Shown here piece by piece: positions 31,805 through 32,000 of a stretch of 32,000 bases of DNA (within the stretch, counting starts at the first letter, position 1; each line of letters starts with the position of its first letter). The stretch is from Candidatus Portiera aleyrodidarum (GTDB taxonomy: Bacteria; Pseudomonadota; Gammaproteobacteria; Johnevansiales; Johnevansiaceae). Under the pieces are notes generated by a model. The model was given only the letters and a program-made list of their open reading frames with translations, did no database searches and was not told where the DNA came from. A program made the translations under genes and the position numbers. The stretch is from the NCBI RefSeq assembly GCF_000953395.1, contig NZ_LN649236.1:60001-92000 (forward strand), written 5' to 3'.

Positions 31805-32000
31805 TTAATATTTTTTTAATATTTTTTCTATACCATATTTATCTATTATACGCATACCTTTAGTAGAAATACGTAATTTTATATGCCGTTTCTCATTCTT
31901 TATCCAAAACCGATGTTTTTGTAAATTTGGCATAAATCTTCTACGTGTTTTCCTATTTGAATGAGAAACATTATTACCTTGCATTGGCTTTTTATAAGTT
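31805..32000 (-). CDS. rpmB: 50S ribosomal protein L28 (5' end outside the window)
   Basis: Minus-strand translation is ..[64 protein letters not shown]. This matches L28 (..GNNRSHA.N.TKRRF.PNL..HRFW...EKR...LR.S.KGMR.IDK.GI). The stop TAA is at 31807..31805. Confidence 0.9.
   Translation of the reverse strand, partial: TYKKPMQGNNVSHSNRKTRRRFMPNLQKHRFWIKNEKRHIKLRISTKGMRIIDKYGIEKILKKY

Overview
This is a very AT-rich, extremely gene-dense window that looks like part of a reduced obligate-endosymbiont chromosome. G+C is roughly a quarter in coding DNA by eye and clearly higher in the rRNAs. The 16S reads as gammaproteobacterial and, from memory, closest to Halomonadaceae/Oceanospirillales. That suggests a Portiera/Evansia/Carsonella-type insect symbiont, but this is a hypothesis that needs a database search.

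The content is entirely core housekeeping:
- infC-rpmI-rplT-pheS
- proS
- lepA-lepB-era
- argD
- valS
- a small YfhL-type ferredoxin
- trpB-trpA
- ybeY-leuS-holA
- a roughly 14 kb co-directional minus-strand block: rpmB-rpmG-trpS, then 16S, tRNA-Ile, 23S, 5S, then deaD-gltX-sucA-sucB-lpdA

Genes abut or overlap almost everywhere. I found no mobile elements, CRISPR arrays, defence genes, toxin-antitoxin pairs or unexplained multi-gene cassette. I therefore do not claim a novel system here.

The most unusual observations are:
1. A perfectly homogeneous 24-bp x 8.4 in-frame tandem repeat inside sucB, which multiplies one helix of the E2 subunit-binding domain.
2. Non-canonical start codons are required for sucB (ATT) and infC (ATA).
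3. A textbook TTGACA-N17-TATAAT promoter overlaps the trpS stop codon, in front of the 16S.
4. The ribosome-assembly helicase gene deaD starts 24 nt after the 5S with no room for a terminator.
5. There are synteny scars (rnc, lptE, thrS and the pheM leader missing from their canonical slots), while a 16S leader/trailer processing stem is retained.

All ORF-track ORFs inside the rRNAs or antisense to conserved genes are judged spurious.
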